A DNA stretch of 57,601 nucleotides from Prorocentrum cordatum (GCA_963575745.1 CAUYUJ010000012.1:62001-119601); one strand, 5' to 3'; positions 24,357 through 34,706 are shown, counted from the stretch's first letter. The notes: a model not told the origin generated them from the letters alone. Numbers and translations are program-made.

Positions 24357-27300
24357 TCAGCGGCGGCAGAACCAGCGGCACGCCATGGGGGCGCCATAGG
24401 AGGCGGAACCATGGCTCGAGGATGCGCCGGATGATGTACCGTAAGGGGAGTTGTGGTGTGTAGGGGGGGCAGGGTCGGCCTCCGGTCCCCCTTTCGACGT
24501 GCCCTTCGTTGCGCCGTACTCGCTGCGGCTGCCCGCTGCAATTTCGGCGTCCAGATGGGCAGCGCCCCTTATGACATCTGTTATGTAGTCAGACCACGCA
24601 CGATCGGCGCTCGGGAGAGCGACGGCGTCTCTGGTCTCCGGACCGAGAGTGGGCGAATGGAAGCCGGGGCCAGGATCCAGCGATCGATCCGCGTCCGATC
24701 GGCGATCGGGGTCCCAATCGACCGGCTGATCGGGCTGGTCGGCGGTGGCTGAGCTCGCGGCTACCTGCTGTCGAGGGAGGACACAAAAACAACCTGAACG
24801 CGAGGGAGGCGTCTGCCTCTTCAGCACAGGGGGGTCTGAACTAAGAGCCGGGGTCTTGATTTTGACCGTCTGTCGAAAGAACAACGGCTTAGCCAGAGCC
24901 AGCGGGCTCCTGCTTCGGGATTTCTTCAGCCGAATCGGATCAGGAGAGTCCTGGGAGCGGGAAGATTTTCCGTGCCGGGTCGTTCCTGGAGAGTCCCGTG
25001 TTCCGCGCCGCGGGGGCAGGGGAGGTGGGTTTCTCTTCCTGTGTCCAGATCCTCTGGGCGCTCTGGTGTCCAGATGCTCTGATGGAGCAGCAGCCGGGCG
25101 TGTCCTTGAAGACGTAACAGAAGCATGCGGCTTTTGAGCCGGAGCTGAGTCATCTCCTTGCCGTGGCTGGTCCTTCGTGGCGCCGCAGCACGGACAGGGC
25201 GCGCTAGTCGGAGCCAACTCGACCGTGTCGATTTCGCAGGCGTCCGTCGGGACGAAGGTATCGTCGCAGGCATGTGATTGCCATGTGACGGTGCCACAGC
25301 AGAGCAATTTGACCTTGCGCCTCGAATGAGCCTCTGGGCGTCGACGACAGTGCCCCCCCGGATTCGGTGGAGGCGGAAACACTAACTCCATGTTATCGGC
25401 GTCAACGTGTGGTATGTAGTCGCGAACAGGGGCCCTCCGTGATGGTCCACCATCTGGTGGTGAGAGAACACACCCATCTTTTCTGCTCCAATGGATGGTC
25501 CAATCCTCATCCTCGACGAGACGACCCATGGAAATAACAGACGGACAACCTTTGAGAGCCAAAGAACCTGTGTGCAAGTTAATGGAAGGCACAGAAATAT
25601 TGATGTGCTCATTAACAACTCGATCGCCGTTTGCTGTTTCCAATACGTATTCATGTCCACGACGAATACCACATGTTTCAGCTTGAGTCAAATCGTCCTT
25701 GTCCGTGATGTGGTGCGCAGAACCACTATCCAAGACCCAAGACCGTGCGAGAACCGCGGGGGACTTTGCTGCAGTTTCCTGCTGCATGGTCCCTGCTGCA
25801 GTTCCCTGCTGCACTAGCTGCTGCTGCAGCCCTGCTGCAATTCCCTGCTGCACTGCCCCGGCTGGGACAAGCGGCATGCAGGTGTCGAGGTCGTCGTCCA
25901 GGCGCTTGGTCAAACGGATGGCGTTCTCGATTGCCTCCTGGAGCGCATCCGCGGAGGTCTGCAGCCAGTGGTCCGGAAGAACATCAGGAACGTGGACCAC
26001 ATATCCCTGGTTAGGGGAAGTACGGTGTCGACGCATTTTGGTCTGAACAGGGAAGTAGTGAATCTCTGTGGCTGCAAAGTTCCATTGCAAGCCTTTCGGC
26101 GTCTGAGTCTTCCTGCCAGGGACTACAGCGAGAGCGAAGGATCGTGGACGACAGACGTCAACTTGAGGTCGAAGACAGCCGGGAGGCCGATCACAAGGGC
26201 TCGGGTCGTGATCATTGCTTTGGCTGCTGCGGCGTCGGTCGCGGGAGGGGGAGCGCCGTAGTCGACAGGAGTCGTAACAGCGCGTGCCCCCCGGACTGTT
26301 GGACACTCGCGTGCTGTGTCCAAACTGGGGGCCTGGCGAGGCACCAGGCAGGGCGCCAGGCTCGGCGCCGGATTGGGAGCCGGGCTCGGAGCCGAGAAAG
26401 GTGCTGCGCTCAGAACAGCCGGGTTGGGGACCGGACTCGGAGCGGGACTGGGAGCCGGCAAAGGCGCCGGTCAGGGCGCCGGGCTCGGAGCTGGTCTGGG
26501 GGCCGTGCTCGGAGCCGGCCTGGCAGCCGGCGCGGGTGCCGGTCAGGGCGCCGGGCTCGGAGCTGGTCTGGGAGCCGTGCTCGGAGCCGGGGGGGGCGCC
26601 GCCAGGCAGCAGTGCGCCAGGTGGGGAACCGGGCTGGGAGCCGGCCTGGGAGCCGGCAAAGGCGCCGGTCAGGGCGCCGGGCGGCGAGCCGGGCTGGGGG
26701 TTACGCTCGGGGCCGGCCTGGGAGCCGGCGCGGGTGCCGGTCAGGGCGCCGTGTTTGGAGCGTATGACGTACACTCGGTTCCAGGGAGCGGCAGGTGACC
26801 GGGCCCTCGTGCTCGTGCTGCTCCGCTGGCTGGTACGGTCTGAGTCGCGAGAAGGTCGACGTCCGCGCTGGGAGTCGTCGTGGAGCGTGCCTTCCTGACT
26901 CTCATACCCGTCTTGGTTGGGAGCGGGCCGAGATCGCCAGTTATCCCAGGTCTGAGATTGGGAGGCGTCACGAGGAGGCTGCTGAGATCCCCCCGGACTC
27001 CTGGACGAACGGTGGTTTCGACCAGATTTCGGTCCACGCGAGGGGGGGCGGCCACGGCTGTCCTGACTCCGCGGGCGGCTGGTGCTCTGTGGCGGAGTCG
27101 CAGCGTTGGCTGCCAGGTGTGCGTAGGTGCACGCGTCGCCCTTGGCGCAGTGGCCTGCCTGGAAGTAGCTGCAGGCGGGCACGTGGGGGTAGCGGCAGCG
27201 GTCGCCGTACGAACAGGCACCAGTTTTGGCGAATCTGTGGCAAAAACGCGCGGCGCCGCCGTGAGGCTGCTGCGAGCCGGGTGGCTGGGCGGAACGCTGG

Positions 27301-30230
27301 GGCTGGCGAGTGTTCTCGCTGTGAGGGGCGCCAGTGTCAGGGCGGCTGCGGGAGTCCACCATGTGCAGGAGCTTGCACGCGTTTCCCTTGGGGCATTTGC
27401 CCTTGCTGAAGGGCACGCAGAAGCCAGTCTTCGGAGAGACGATGGCTGCGGTGTCCCTGTTGCCTGTCCTCAGGTGGTACTGGTTGCGCCGCGTTCGGTG
27501 TAGCTCAAGAACAGCTGTGACTCGGTGGTGGAGCCAAGTGTAACAGCGCTCTGGTGCCCCTTTAGGAGCTTTGTTGTACGTGTTCATGTCGTCCTTCATC
27601 CAAGGATGCAACTCAATCTGTGTACGAAACAGTGACTCCATAATGTTCGGCGGAGGAAGCTCCCGGAGCTCCAGGAGCAGTTGGTCCCACTCCGTCACGA
27701 ACCTTTTGAGGTCATCTCCATGCATACGTAGAGTGTTGATCCTTTCGAAATCATGAATCGTATCGTCGGCGTCGGTCACATCGTAATAACGCAAAATCTT
27801 CCAGTAGATCTGACGTCCCTTTATCATGCGACCGTGCTTGTGCTCTGTGTTCTCCAGCAATTTGATATCCAGTTTCAATTCGCTGCTGAGAATCGCTTGT
27901 AAAGCTTCCGCGAACTTCAGATCCAAACTTGCGAAATCACCGCTGTCCTGTAGATCATCCAGTGTCACACCGGGCTGTTCTGCAACACAGAAGAACTTGT
28001 ATGCAGCATCTGGACGCCCAGAGGCACTGCAGAAGGCCTTGCGGACTGCGTGCTGCCACTCAAGAACATGTCCGATTCTGGGAAGACCTGGAACACGCAC
28101 ACGCTCGCTCTCCTTCACCGGTGTGATGGTAGCAACAGGGCTCCCTCCGATGGTGTATTGAGACTGCATGACAGTAGCACCAAGGACGTTGGGCACTGGT
28201 GAGTGCGTGCGAAAGCTTGCAGCGTCGAAGTTTGCCTCCTGTGCAGGTGCTGCGGAAGCGGCCGGGGCCGCGGTCCTGCTGGCAGCTGACGGTGACACAC
28301 GTCGGGCCTGTGGCTGGTAGCCAGCGGCTGGGGTTTCCCCCTGCACACCCCCCGCGTTCGAGGCAGGGGCGCCGGGGGAAGTGCGTCTGGAGGTCGGGGC
28401 TTGTGGTGGTACAGGTGTGTGCTGTGTAGCGTCAGCTACGTGGGCCTTGAATTGGTCTTCGAGAATGATGTTGTCACGTTGCAACTGTTCGATGCAGCCT
28501 GAGAAACCATCAACATTCCTCTGGACCTCGCGGGTCTTGTCTGTAAGCACGGAATACTGTCGTTGAGTAGACTGGGAAAGGTCTGTAAGAAGAAAACGTA
28601 GCTGATCCATGTCGGCCTTTACGCGCGACAGCTCCTGCTGCGTATCCGCCAGGCGGGTCTGCACTTCAGATACCCGTGCCTTTCCAGCATCCCTCTCAGA
28701 GCGAAGCTCGTGTAACTGCCTTTGCACGCGGTCCGCCTCCGCACGCACGGTCCGTTGTACGGCTGCCAGTACGGCGGGGTCGTCAACCGAAGAAGGGGGC
28801 ACCAGCTGGCCAGTCTGGGCCCTTACAACGCGCAGTTCAGTCACGGCCTCTTCGAGAGTCAGGACTCTGGCGGTGAGCTTTGGGATCGAATCAACTTGGG
28901 AATCAGAGAAACGCTGGTTGACAGCATTATCGGCTTGACAGAGTTTGCCGTAGAGATCTTGTTGGATTTGTTGGGTCTCAGCACGAAGATCAGATGTAGC
29001 GGACATCGTGGCGTCACGAAGCTCAATAATCTGGCCCTGGAGAGCTGAGGGAGCCGCGCCGGCGCTGGCGGCAGCAACTGCTTGGATTTCATCGTGGAGA
29101 AACTTGGCGCGAGTATCATTGTGGTCACGCATATGGATAAAACGTGCTTCCAAATGAGAGAACTCGGAGTGCACAGCGGCAAGCTCGGAGTGGTCTTGGC
29201 CACGCTGAGCGGCAACAGCATCGACCTTCGAAACGAGTTGACACATGACGTGACGATCCTCGTACAACCTAGCGTCGACTTCCTGCAGACCTTTAGCGAG
29301 ATCCGATCGCAAGATCGCAGTCTCAGTGGCGGTTGCCTGGTGCACGAGAGCAGTCTGATGCTCCACATACGTCTGTACCTGGTCTCTTAGCTCAGCCATA
29401 TCTGTTAGGGGGACGGCGGCAGGCGCAGCCACAGGTGAGCTGACAGCGCGTCTTCGTGCCCTCTGGGAGGGACTGCGGCTGTGCAAATCCTGGGCTGCAA
29501 TCTGGAACTGTTCGGGGCCACGTCTGTCACGAGGCGAAGCTGCGCGAGAACGAGAAACAGTGACTTGACGACCGGCGAAGGCTGCGCCGTCGCGGGTCTG
29601 AGCACGAAACTCGAGGGCGCGGATGTGCTCTCGGACTGGCGTCACGGCACGGGTGACTGGGTTCCGTCCTGGCGCGCCGGCGTTCGCGTGACTCCCGCCC
29701 CAGCGGCGAGATCCTCCAGAGCCTCTCTGCACGGGACTTCCCTGTGGAGGCGAAAGAGCCTCCGAGTGGGCCCCCCCAGCAGGGGCCCGAAAAGTCGGGG
29801 TCAGATTTTGAGGAGGTTGAGGAGTCTGGAGCTGAGGAACTCCAGGAGCCACAGGGTGTCTCGCTCTGACAGCATTTCTGGGCGGATCATTCCGTGGCAC
29901 GAGGACCTCAGCGCTCTGAAAGAGATGCGGTCTCCCGCTGCGGTCTCCCGCTGCATCCGAGCTGCGGTCTCCCGCTGCATCCGACACGACGGGCGACGCG
30001 ACGGGAGGAACGACTGACGACGAGGAAGGGGCCTGGAACTGAGGAGTACCAGGAGCGTGTCCTTGTCCAGCGTCAAGACCCTCAGTACCTGGAGAAATGG
30101 CCACACGATCAGCTCGCGGGATGCCATGCACGTCCATCAAAACTTCAATCTCCTGCTCCAAGTTGCGCGCCACGGGGTCCGCCACGCCGTCGCGAAGAGG
30201 CGCGGGGCCGAGAGGCGCACCGCCCTCCAT
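24357..30230 (-). CDS. 1957-aa Gag-protease polyprotein: coiled coil, Gag core, 3 CCCH zinc fingers, repeats, aspartic protease
   Basis: Open frame. CCCH fingers CVPFSKGKCPKGNACKLLH, CHRFAKTGACSYGDRCRYPH, CSYFQAGHCAKGDACTYAH (27118-27420). Copia-type protease WVLDSGSAHH (~25722). No integrase, RT or RNase H motifs recognised. Confidence 0.88.
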   Translation of the reverse strand: MEGGAPLGPAPLRDGVADPVARNLEQEIEVLMDVHGIPRADRVAISPGTEGLDAGQGHAPGTPQFQAPSSSSVVPPVASPVVSDAAGDRSSDAAGDRSGRPHLFQSAEVLVPRNDPPRNAVRARHPVAPGVPQLQTPQPPQNLTPTFRAPAGGAHSEALSPPQGSPVQRGSGGSRRWGGSHANAGAPGRNPVTRAVTPVREHIRALEFRAQTRDGAAFAGRQVTVSRSRAASPRDRRGPEQFQIAAQDLHSRSPSQRARRRAVSSPVAAPAAVPLTDMAELRDQVQTYVEHQTALVHQATATETAILRSDLAKGLQEVDARLYEDRHVMCQLVSKVDAVAAQRGQDHSELAAVHSEFSHLEARFIHMRDHNDTRAKFLHDEIQAVAAASAGAAPSALQGQIIELRDATMSATSDLRAETQQIQQDLYGKLCQADNAVNQRFSDSQVDSIPKLTARVLTLEEAVTELRVVRAQTGQLVPPSSVDDPAVLAAVQRTVRAEADRVQRQLHELRSERDAGKARVSEVQTRLADTQQELSRVKADMDQLRFLLTDLSQSTQRQYSVLTDKTREVQRNVDGFSGCIEQLQRDNIILEDQFKAHVADATQHTPVPPQAPTSRRTSPGAPASNAGGVQGETPAAGYQPQARRVSPSAASRTAAPAASAAPAQEANFDAASFRTHSPVPNVLGATVMQSQYTIGGSPVATITPVKESERVRVPGLPRIGHVLEWQHAVRKAFCSASGRPDAAYKFFCVAEQPGVTLDDLQDSGDFASLDLKFAEALQAILSSELKLDIKLLENTEHKHGRMIKGRQIYWKILRYYDVTDADDTIHDFERINTLRMHGDDLKRFVTEWDQLLLELRELPPPNIMESLFRTQIELHPWMKDDMNTYNKAPKGAPERCYTWLHHRVTAVLELHRTRRNQYHLRTGNRDTAAIVSPKTGFCVPFSKGKCPKGNACKLLHMVDSRSRPDTGAPHSENTRQPQRSAQPPGSQQPHGGAARFCHRFAKTGACSYGDRCRYPHVPACSYFQAGHCAKGDACTYAHLAANAATPPQSTSRPRSQDSRGRPPSRGPKSGRNHRSSRSPGGSQQPPRDASQSQTWDNWRSRPAPNQDGYESQEGTLHDDSQRGRRPSRDSDRTSQRSSTSTRARSPAAPWNRVYVIRSKHGALTGTRAGSQAGPERNPQPGSPPGALTGAFAGSQAGSQPGSPPGALLPGGAPPGSEHGSQTSSEPGALTGTRAGCQAGSEHGPQTSSEPGALTGAFAGSQSRSESGPQPGCSERSTFLGSEPGSQSGAEPGALPGASPGPQFGHSTRVSNSPGGTRCYDSCRLRRSPSRDRRRSSQSNDHDPSPCDRPPGCLRPQVDVCRPRSFALAVVPGRKTQTPKGLQWNFAATEIHYFPVQTKMRRHRTSPNQGYVVHVPDVLPDHWLQTSADALQEAIENAIRLTKRLDDDLDTCMPLVPAGAVQQGIAAGLQQQLVQQGTAAGTMQQETAAKSPAVLARSWVLDSGSAHHITDKDDLTQAETCGIRRGHEYVLETANGDRVVNEHINISVPSINLHTGSLALKGCPSVISMGRLVEDEDWTIHWSRKDGCVLSPPDGGPSRRAPVRDYIPHVDADNMELVFPPPPNPGGHCRRRPEAHSRRKVKLLCCGTVTWQSHACDDTFVPTDACEIDTVELAPTSAPCPCCGATKDQPRQGDDSAPAQKPHASVTSSRTRPAAAPSEHLDTRAPRGSGHRKRNPPPLPPRRGTRDSPGTTRHGKSSRSQDSPDPIRLKKSRSRSPLALAKPLFFRQTVKIKTPALSSDPPVLKRQTPPSRSGCFCVLPRQQVAASSATADQPDQPVDWDPDRRSDADRSLDPGPGFHSPTLGPETRDAVALPSADRAWSDYITDVIRGAAHLDAEIAAGSRSEYGATKGTSKGGPEADPAPPTHHNSPYGTSSGASSSHGSASYGAPMACRWFCRR

Positions 30231-30292
30231 CGCGACTGAGTGGGGGGCTCAGGAAGCGCGGAAGTTGGAGCGATTGCGTTTTGAACAGAGAA

Positions 30293-30303
30293 GGCTGATA
30301 ACC
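30293..30303 (-). promoter_or_regulatory. Primer-binding site GGTTATCAGCC (half-tRNA type)
   Basis: Directly abuts the 5' LTR; resembles the GGTTATG PBS of copia/Ty5-type elements, which is complementary to the tRNA-iMet anticodon arm. Confidence 0.65.
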
Positions 30304-30480
30304 TGTGTGAGGGGGAGGGGGACCGAAGGACCGAACCCACCCCCAAAGTGTCCGTAGGTAGACGTGATGAGGATGATGGTAGTTGTCCTCTTCACCCTCT
30401 GAGTACGAGTACCTGCATCCGAGCCGAAAGGGGCGATGGATATGAGCAAGATAGGAGGAAAGTAGGGGGATTCACACACA
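30304..30480 (-). repeat. 5' LTR (177 bp)
   Basis: Plus strand TGTGTGAGGGGG...GGATTCACACACA; matches 23292-23468. Confidence 0.97.
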
Positions 30481-33400
30481 AGACGAAAACGCAGAGGCGA
30501 GTGGAAGCGGCAGACGTAATGGCCACGCAAACTAACTGCGCGGCGATTTTCGCGCTGCGGCCTCGAACGGCCAGGCGCAGCGCCGGCGGCCGGCGCGCAG
30601 CATGGGCGGGCACGACGGACGCGGCCGCGCGCCGCTCGAGCCCGCTGGCCACATGATTCTCGCGGATGACCCCGCGCGACTTGCCCCACGCAGCTCGACC
30701 CCCCTTATTCCTGAAAATGCCCCCCCCGCGCCCGCCAGCCCGCGCAGCAGGCCCGCGCTCGAAAAAGACCGCATCGCCGCGCCTGTAGCCAACGGCGCAG
30801 GCACCGGAGCAGCAGCCACGAGAAACTCGGCAGAACGGCCACGAGGGCCCACGCTCTGCTGCGCCCCAGAGCCCTCTGAACATCGACGGCGCCACGGCCG
30901 CCCGCTGCGCGCGAATCAACGATCGGAGTTTCATAGGACTGGCCCCGCAACTCTTTCAGGGAGACGGCGCGGCCGCGGAAGCCGCGTTTGAAGCGCCCCC
31001 GTCATCGTCGCTGTCTGTCGGCCCCATTGGCGGCGAGCTCACCGCTCTTCTGCCGCGCCGGGCGCGGGACAGATGAGGCGCTGAGGCCACCGAAGGGCCG
31101 GGCGACGCCATGGAGGCCTCTCCAGGCATGGCGCGCAGCTGCAAGCTGAGCCTCGGATGCACGACACTCGAGGAACAGCATGCTGTCGCTGGCCAAGTAG
31201 ACATGGAAGAGCTTCTAAAACAACATGATCAATTTTTGTGAACGTGCTCACAAAGCCGCCCACGTCCATGACCCCCGCCACAATTCCAGCGACCGCGAAC
31301 GAGCCCCCCGCCCGAGCTCCGGAGGGGCAGCTCCGGGCGCGCGCGGCGGGCGGGGCGACAGCTACCACGAAAACACAAAAATACGGAGATCATTACGGTG
31401 GACGATGGCGACCGCGCCGACGCGTCGATTTAGTCTCTGCACTATGATCAGGGCCCCGGTGACTGGCTGCGTCCACCGCTTGCGCGGGCAGTCGCCTGGC
31501 CAGCCCTCGCGGCCTCGGCCGCCTCTTGAGCGGCCCGCGCCCAGCTCGACAACTCGTCGTTGATATTCGACTGCGGGTCGGAAGAGAAGCTCGGGAGCTG
31601 CCAGCGCACCATGCACGGCATTGCGCTGCAACACATCAACGATCTTCGCCACCATGCAATGCGATGTCGGCCACTGACGGCGACCCGGCAATGGGGACCT
31701 ATCGGCGGCGTCGACGCCTTGGCAGACGCAGTCGACGCAGGCGCCCCTTCCATGCCCAGATCGTCACGCATAGCTCATCGCGTAGAATGCGACGACGGCG
31801 CGTGGACCAGCCAAGCAGAAGAGCGCCGAAAGATGCCACAGTCGGGTTGGTCACTGCCGCGTCGCACTCGCCGAAGCAGGGCATCAGCGGGCCCGCGCGC
31901 CTCTTGCCGTCTAACGGGAGGCATGCCTGGGCCTCGCGCTAGCGGTGGCGGAGCGTGAGCAACATCTGCGCCAGACTGTCCCAAAACGCCCCCCTCTTCT
32001 CGAGGGGCCGATGCCCGTGCGGCGCGCGGGCAGAGACCAAGACGCAAAGGCCCAGACGCGCCCGGAGGCAACCCGCCATACCAAGCGCGGCAAATGCACG
32101 GCGTGAGCCTGGAGCTCGAAGCCGGGCGCTCGCCGGAGCCAAAGCTCACACCCAAAGCATCCAACAGCGTCAGCTGTGCCAGCGCATCGCTCATAGCGCT
32201 AACATGGGCGGATCTCACTCACGCGAGCTCGCCCTTCCTGCGCCTCAACATCAATGCCGGCAGCGCTAAACTCCTCCTGAAAAACATTGACTTTGCCCAT
32301 GAGCTGCACTCCGGCCACCTGCACACGGGCAGCCTCGTGGGGGCCAAGAAATCCAACATTCGCAGTGGCGACGCACACTACTACTCCTTCATCGGTACTA
32401 CTGTCGACTCCGATCGTATCCACAGGGTGGCGAATCTGTCAGCGTGGACGCCAGAGGCCCCCCAACGGCGGGAGCATGGCGGCTACGGCACTCGAAGCAG
32501 ACAGGGGCAGAGCAGCCGACGATGCGCCCATACAACAAAGAGTCGAACAGGTCGTCGAAGCTGAAATCGACGTCCATGCTCCGGCCAGGGGCACGGCCGG
32601 CACGAAGACCTCCGAGGTCACCCCACAGGAGGTGATAGAGATTCCAAACGAACACGGCAAGACGATGGTCATCTCGCCCTCAGACCCCGACGGTTCGGTG
32701 CTCCTGGCCCCCGCTCGAGCCTTGGGGGGGCACCTCAGAAGTGGTCGGTGATGAGGCGTTTCGGCCGCTGCTTGCCACTCATGCAAACGTAGGTGCTGAT
32801 CGGAAGTGGGCCCAAGGGCTGCTTGCCCCCGCGCCGCGTACTCAGATCCCCCATGACCAAGTCCTGCTGTCCGTGCTGCTGGGCGCGGGCCTCGCGCAGC
32901 GTTACGGTGAAGCCCTCGACGAGCTGCTGGCAGTGCTGCGAGGCAGCCTCGACGGTGGCTGGGTCGAAGTACTCGTCGTCCTGGGTCTCCGAAATCATGC
33001 CGCTGTGCAAGCGGTGCACCTTAGCGAGCGGTGTTTCCGCCGGCTCTGGGGGCGAAGGTGCATGGACGAGCTGCCGTTCGAGATCGGCAACCTCCTTGGC
33101 GTACTGCAACGCCTCGGCGTCGACGACCGTGTTGAGAGCGACGGCAACGTCGATCGCCGCCTGAGCGTCCGCTTGGCGCCCTGGGCCCTCGCCAAGGTGG
33201 CCCAGGCTTGGTTCAGACGCGCACCAAGAGGCTTGCCAACAGCCAAGAGCTGCTTGCCACAATGCGCTCCAGGATGGCCGCCTTGCGGGTCTCCTCGCCC
33301 TCGGGGACTTCCGCCACAGATCCAGCTTCTCAACTGAAGCAAAATTCAACTTGGTGTCGACAGGCTCGGCGGCCGTCGCGGAAAGCGGCGCCTGCTGAAC

Positions 33401-33567
33401 GCCCTGCTGCTGCGCCTCCGCGAGCCTGGTCGTGATGGCCGTGAGCTGGCCCCTCGTGGACTGGCCAGCCATGGGCGGCGAAGCAGCGCCCCCAGTCTCC
33501 CCAGACTGCGGGCTGCGGCCGCCATCGCGCTGCGCATCCACACACGCAGAGCATGCCACGACGCTGT

Positions 33568-33760
33568 TCGGGAGCGGCCAAGAGGGGGGTGTCCAAGAGG
33601 GGGGGGTGCAAATCATGACCGGCGGCATGTGCGCGGGCCAGCGGGGGGACCAGGGACGTAATGAAATAAGAAGAGGCGCCATGAAATCTGGGGAAATATC
33701 ATGGCCCCCGCCATGATATCCACCCCCCCTAGTCATCACCCCCCTCTTTGCCGCCCCCGA
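33568..33760. mobile_element. MITE TCGGG...CCCGA (family 2), copy 1, 5-bp TSD GCTGT, inside ORF1 of the decayed LINE
   Basis: TIR TCGGGAGCGGCCAAGAGGGGGG / CCCCCCTCTTTGCCGCCCCCGA; GCTGT at 33563-33567 and 33761-33765. Confidence 0.9.
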
Positions 33761-34041
33761 GCTGTACGTCCTCTTGACCCCGCGCGTGGCGCAGGATCTC
33801 TTCGACGTGTTGGTGCTATTGCACACCGTGCAATGCCACTGATTGCGTCGGTGGCCCGAGCCCCAGCCCCAACCCGCCGGACCACGACTGCCAGCCAAAC
33901 CTCGGCGGCTACGGCTGATCGGCCTGCTGCCATCGTTGCGCCGAGGCCGTCCGAAGCAGAGCGCACGACGGCGGTATCGGGAGGTTCTGTACAACGAAGG
34001 GGCGCTGTGATGTAGACTTAACATGTTATTGAAGCTTCTGA

Positions 34042-34056
34042 CTGGAGCCAAAATGG
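34042..34056 (-). other. Relict dinoflagellate spliced leader
   Basis: CCATTTTGGCTCCAG matches 14/15 of the DinoSL 3' part CCATTTTGGCTCAAG and sits at the 5' end of the decayed LINE. Confidence 0.75.
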
Positions 34057-34194
34057 AACCCGATGTTTATGTACATACATATGTCCGCCACCGTGCCCCC
34101 TGGCACGTTGAGACGTGGAAGACTGCCAAGGTCTGACTGGTAGGGTTCTTGAACTGTAATACGGGACCGCCCCTACCTCTACTTGCAGTCTCTT

Positions 34195-34530
34195 GCGTGC
34201 ACTGCCCCTTGTTCAGATGCCACTCCCATCGTGCCCGCTCGAGGATGGTGCACTTCCAGCATGGCAGTTAATGCGTAATCCCATATTCCACGACGGGCCC
34301 ACTCGAGGATGGTACACTTCCTGCATGGCAGCCAATGCCTGAACCCTTATTCCATGCGCGCCCGCTTGAGGGTGGTGCACTTCCTGCATGGCAGCTGATG
34401 CCTGAAAACCCCCCTTCCACGCGTGGCCGCTCAGGGTTGGCGCACTTCCCGCACGGCAGCTGGTGCCTGAACCTCCATTCCATGCGCGCCCGCTCGAGGA
34501 TGGCGCATCTCCCGCACGGCAGCTGCCTCC
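34195..34530 (+). repeat. Degenerate ~60-bp tandem repeat
   Basis: GCCCGCTCGAGGATGGTGCACTTCC..CATGGCAG recurs about 5 times. Confidence 0.75.
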
Positions 34531-34578
34531 TAGACTTATGCTGTTCCCATGCTACTTGAGGACCACACCCCAGAAGTA

Positions 34579-34706
34579 ATTTCGAGCACCCAGAAAAGTG
34601 TCGAAACAGTGTCGAAAGAGTGTCGAAACAGTGTCGGGCGAGTCTCTCCCAGGGCCCGACACGCAGAAACCCTCGAGTTTCGGTATTTGTTCTGGTGCTC
34701 GAAATT
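34579..34706. mobile_element. MITE-like element with (GTGTCGAAASA)n interior
   Basis: AATTTCGAGCACC...GGTGCTCGAAATT inverted pair; true ends not resolved. Confidence 0.55.

Larger units (their letters stand above)
23292..30480 (-). mobile_element. LTR retrotransposon (Copia-like, Gag-protease only, non-autonomous), 7189 bp
   Basis: Two 177-bp LTRs with TG...CA ends that look identical, 5-bp TSD AGACG (23287-23291, 30481-30485), PBS, PPT and one long ORF. Confidence 0.95.
22100..34056 (-). pseudogene. Decayed non-LTR retrotransposon (ORF1 zinc finger, APE, RT remnants), interrupted by the LTR element and a MITE
   Basis: Motif remnants in the expected order across frameshifts: QWHCTVCNSTNTSKRSC (RanBP2-like finger, ~33800); VATANV...DVEAQEGR and TKIDHV (APE, 32370-31220); GGIFRNKG...SRGV; VFVL/RVDLVKAF (split at the LTR insertion); RQGCKFGVCLFN; DAVFVHE (decayed xxDD); PGKTEA; HLGG. 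3' end approximate. Confidence 0.8.

Noticed and set aside
32735..34051. 438-aa ORF as an intact protein
   Set aside because: Its ATG lies within the SL relic and it runs through an inserted MITE; treated as decayed LINE ORF1.
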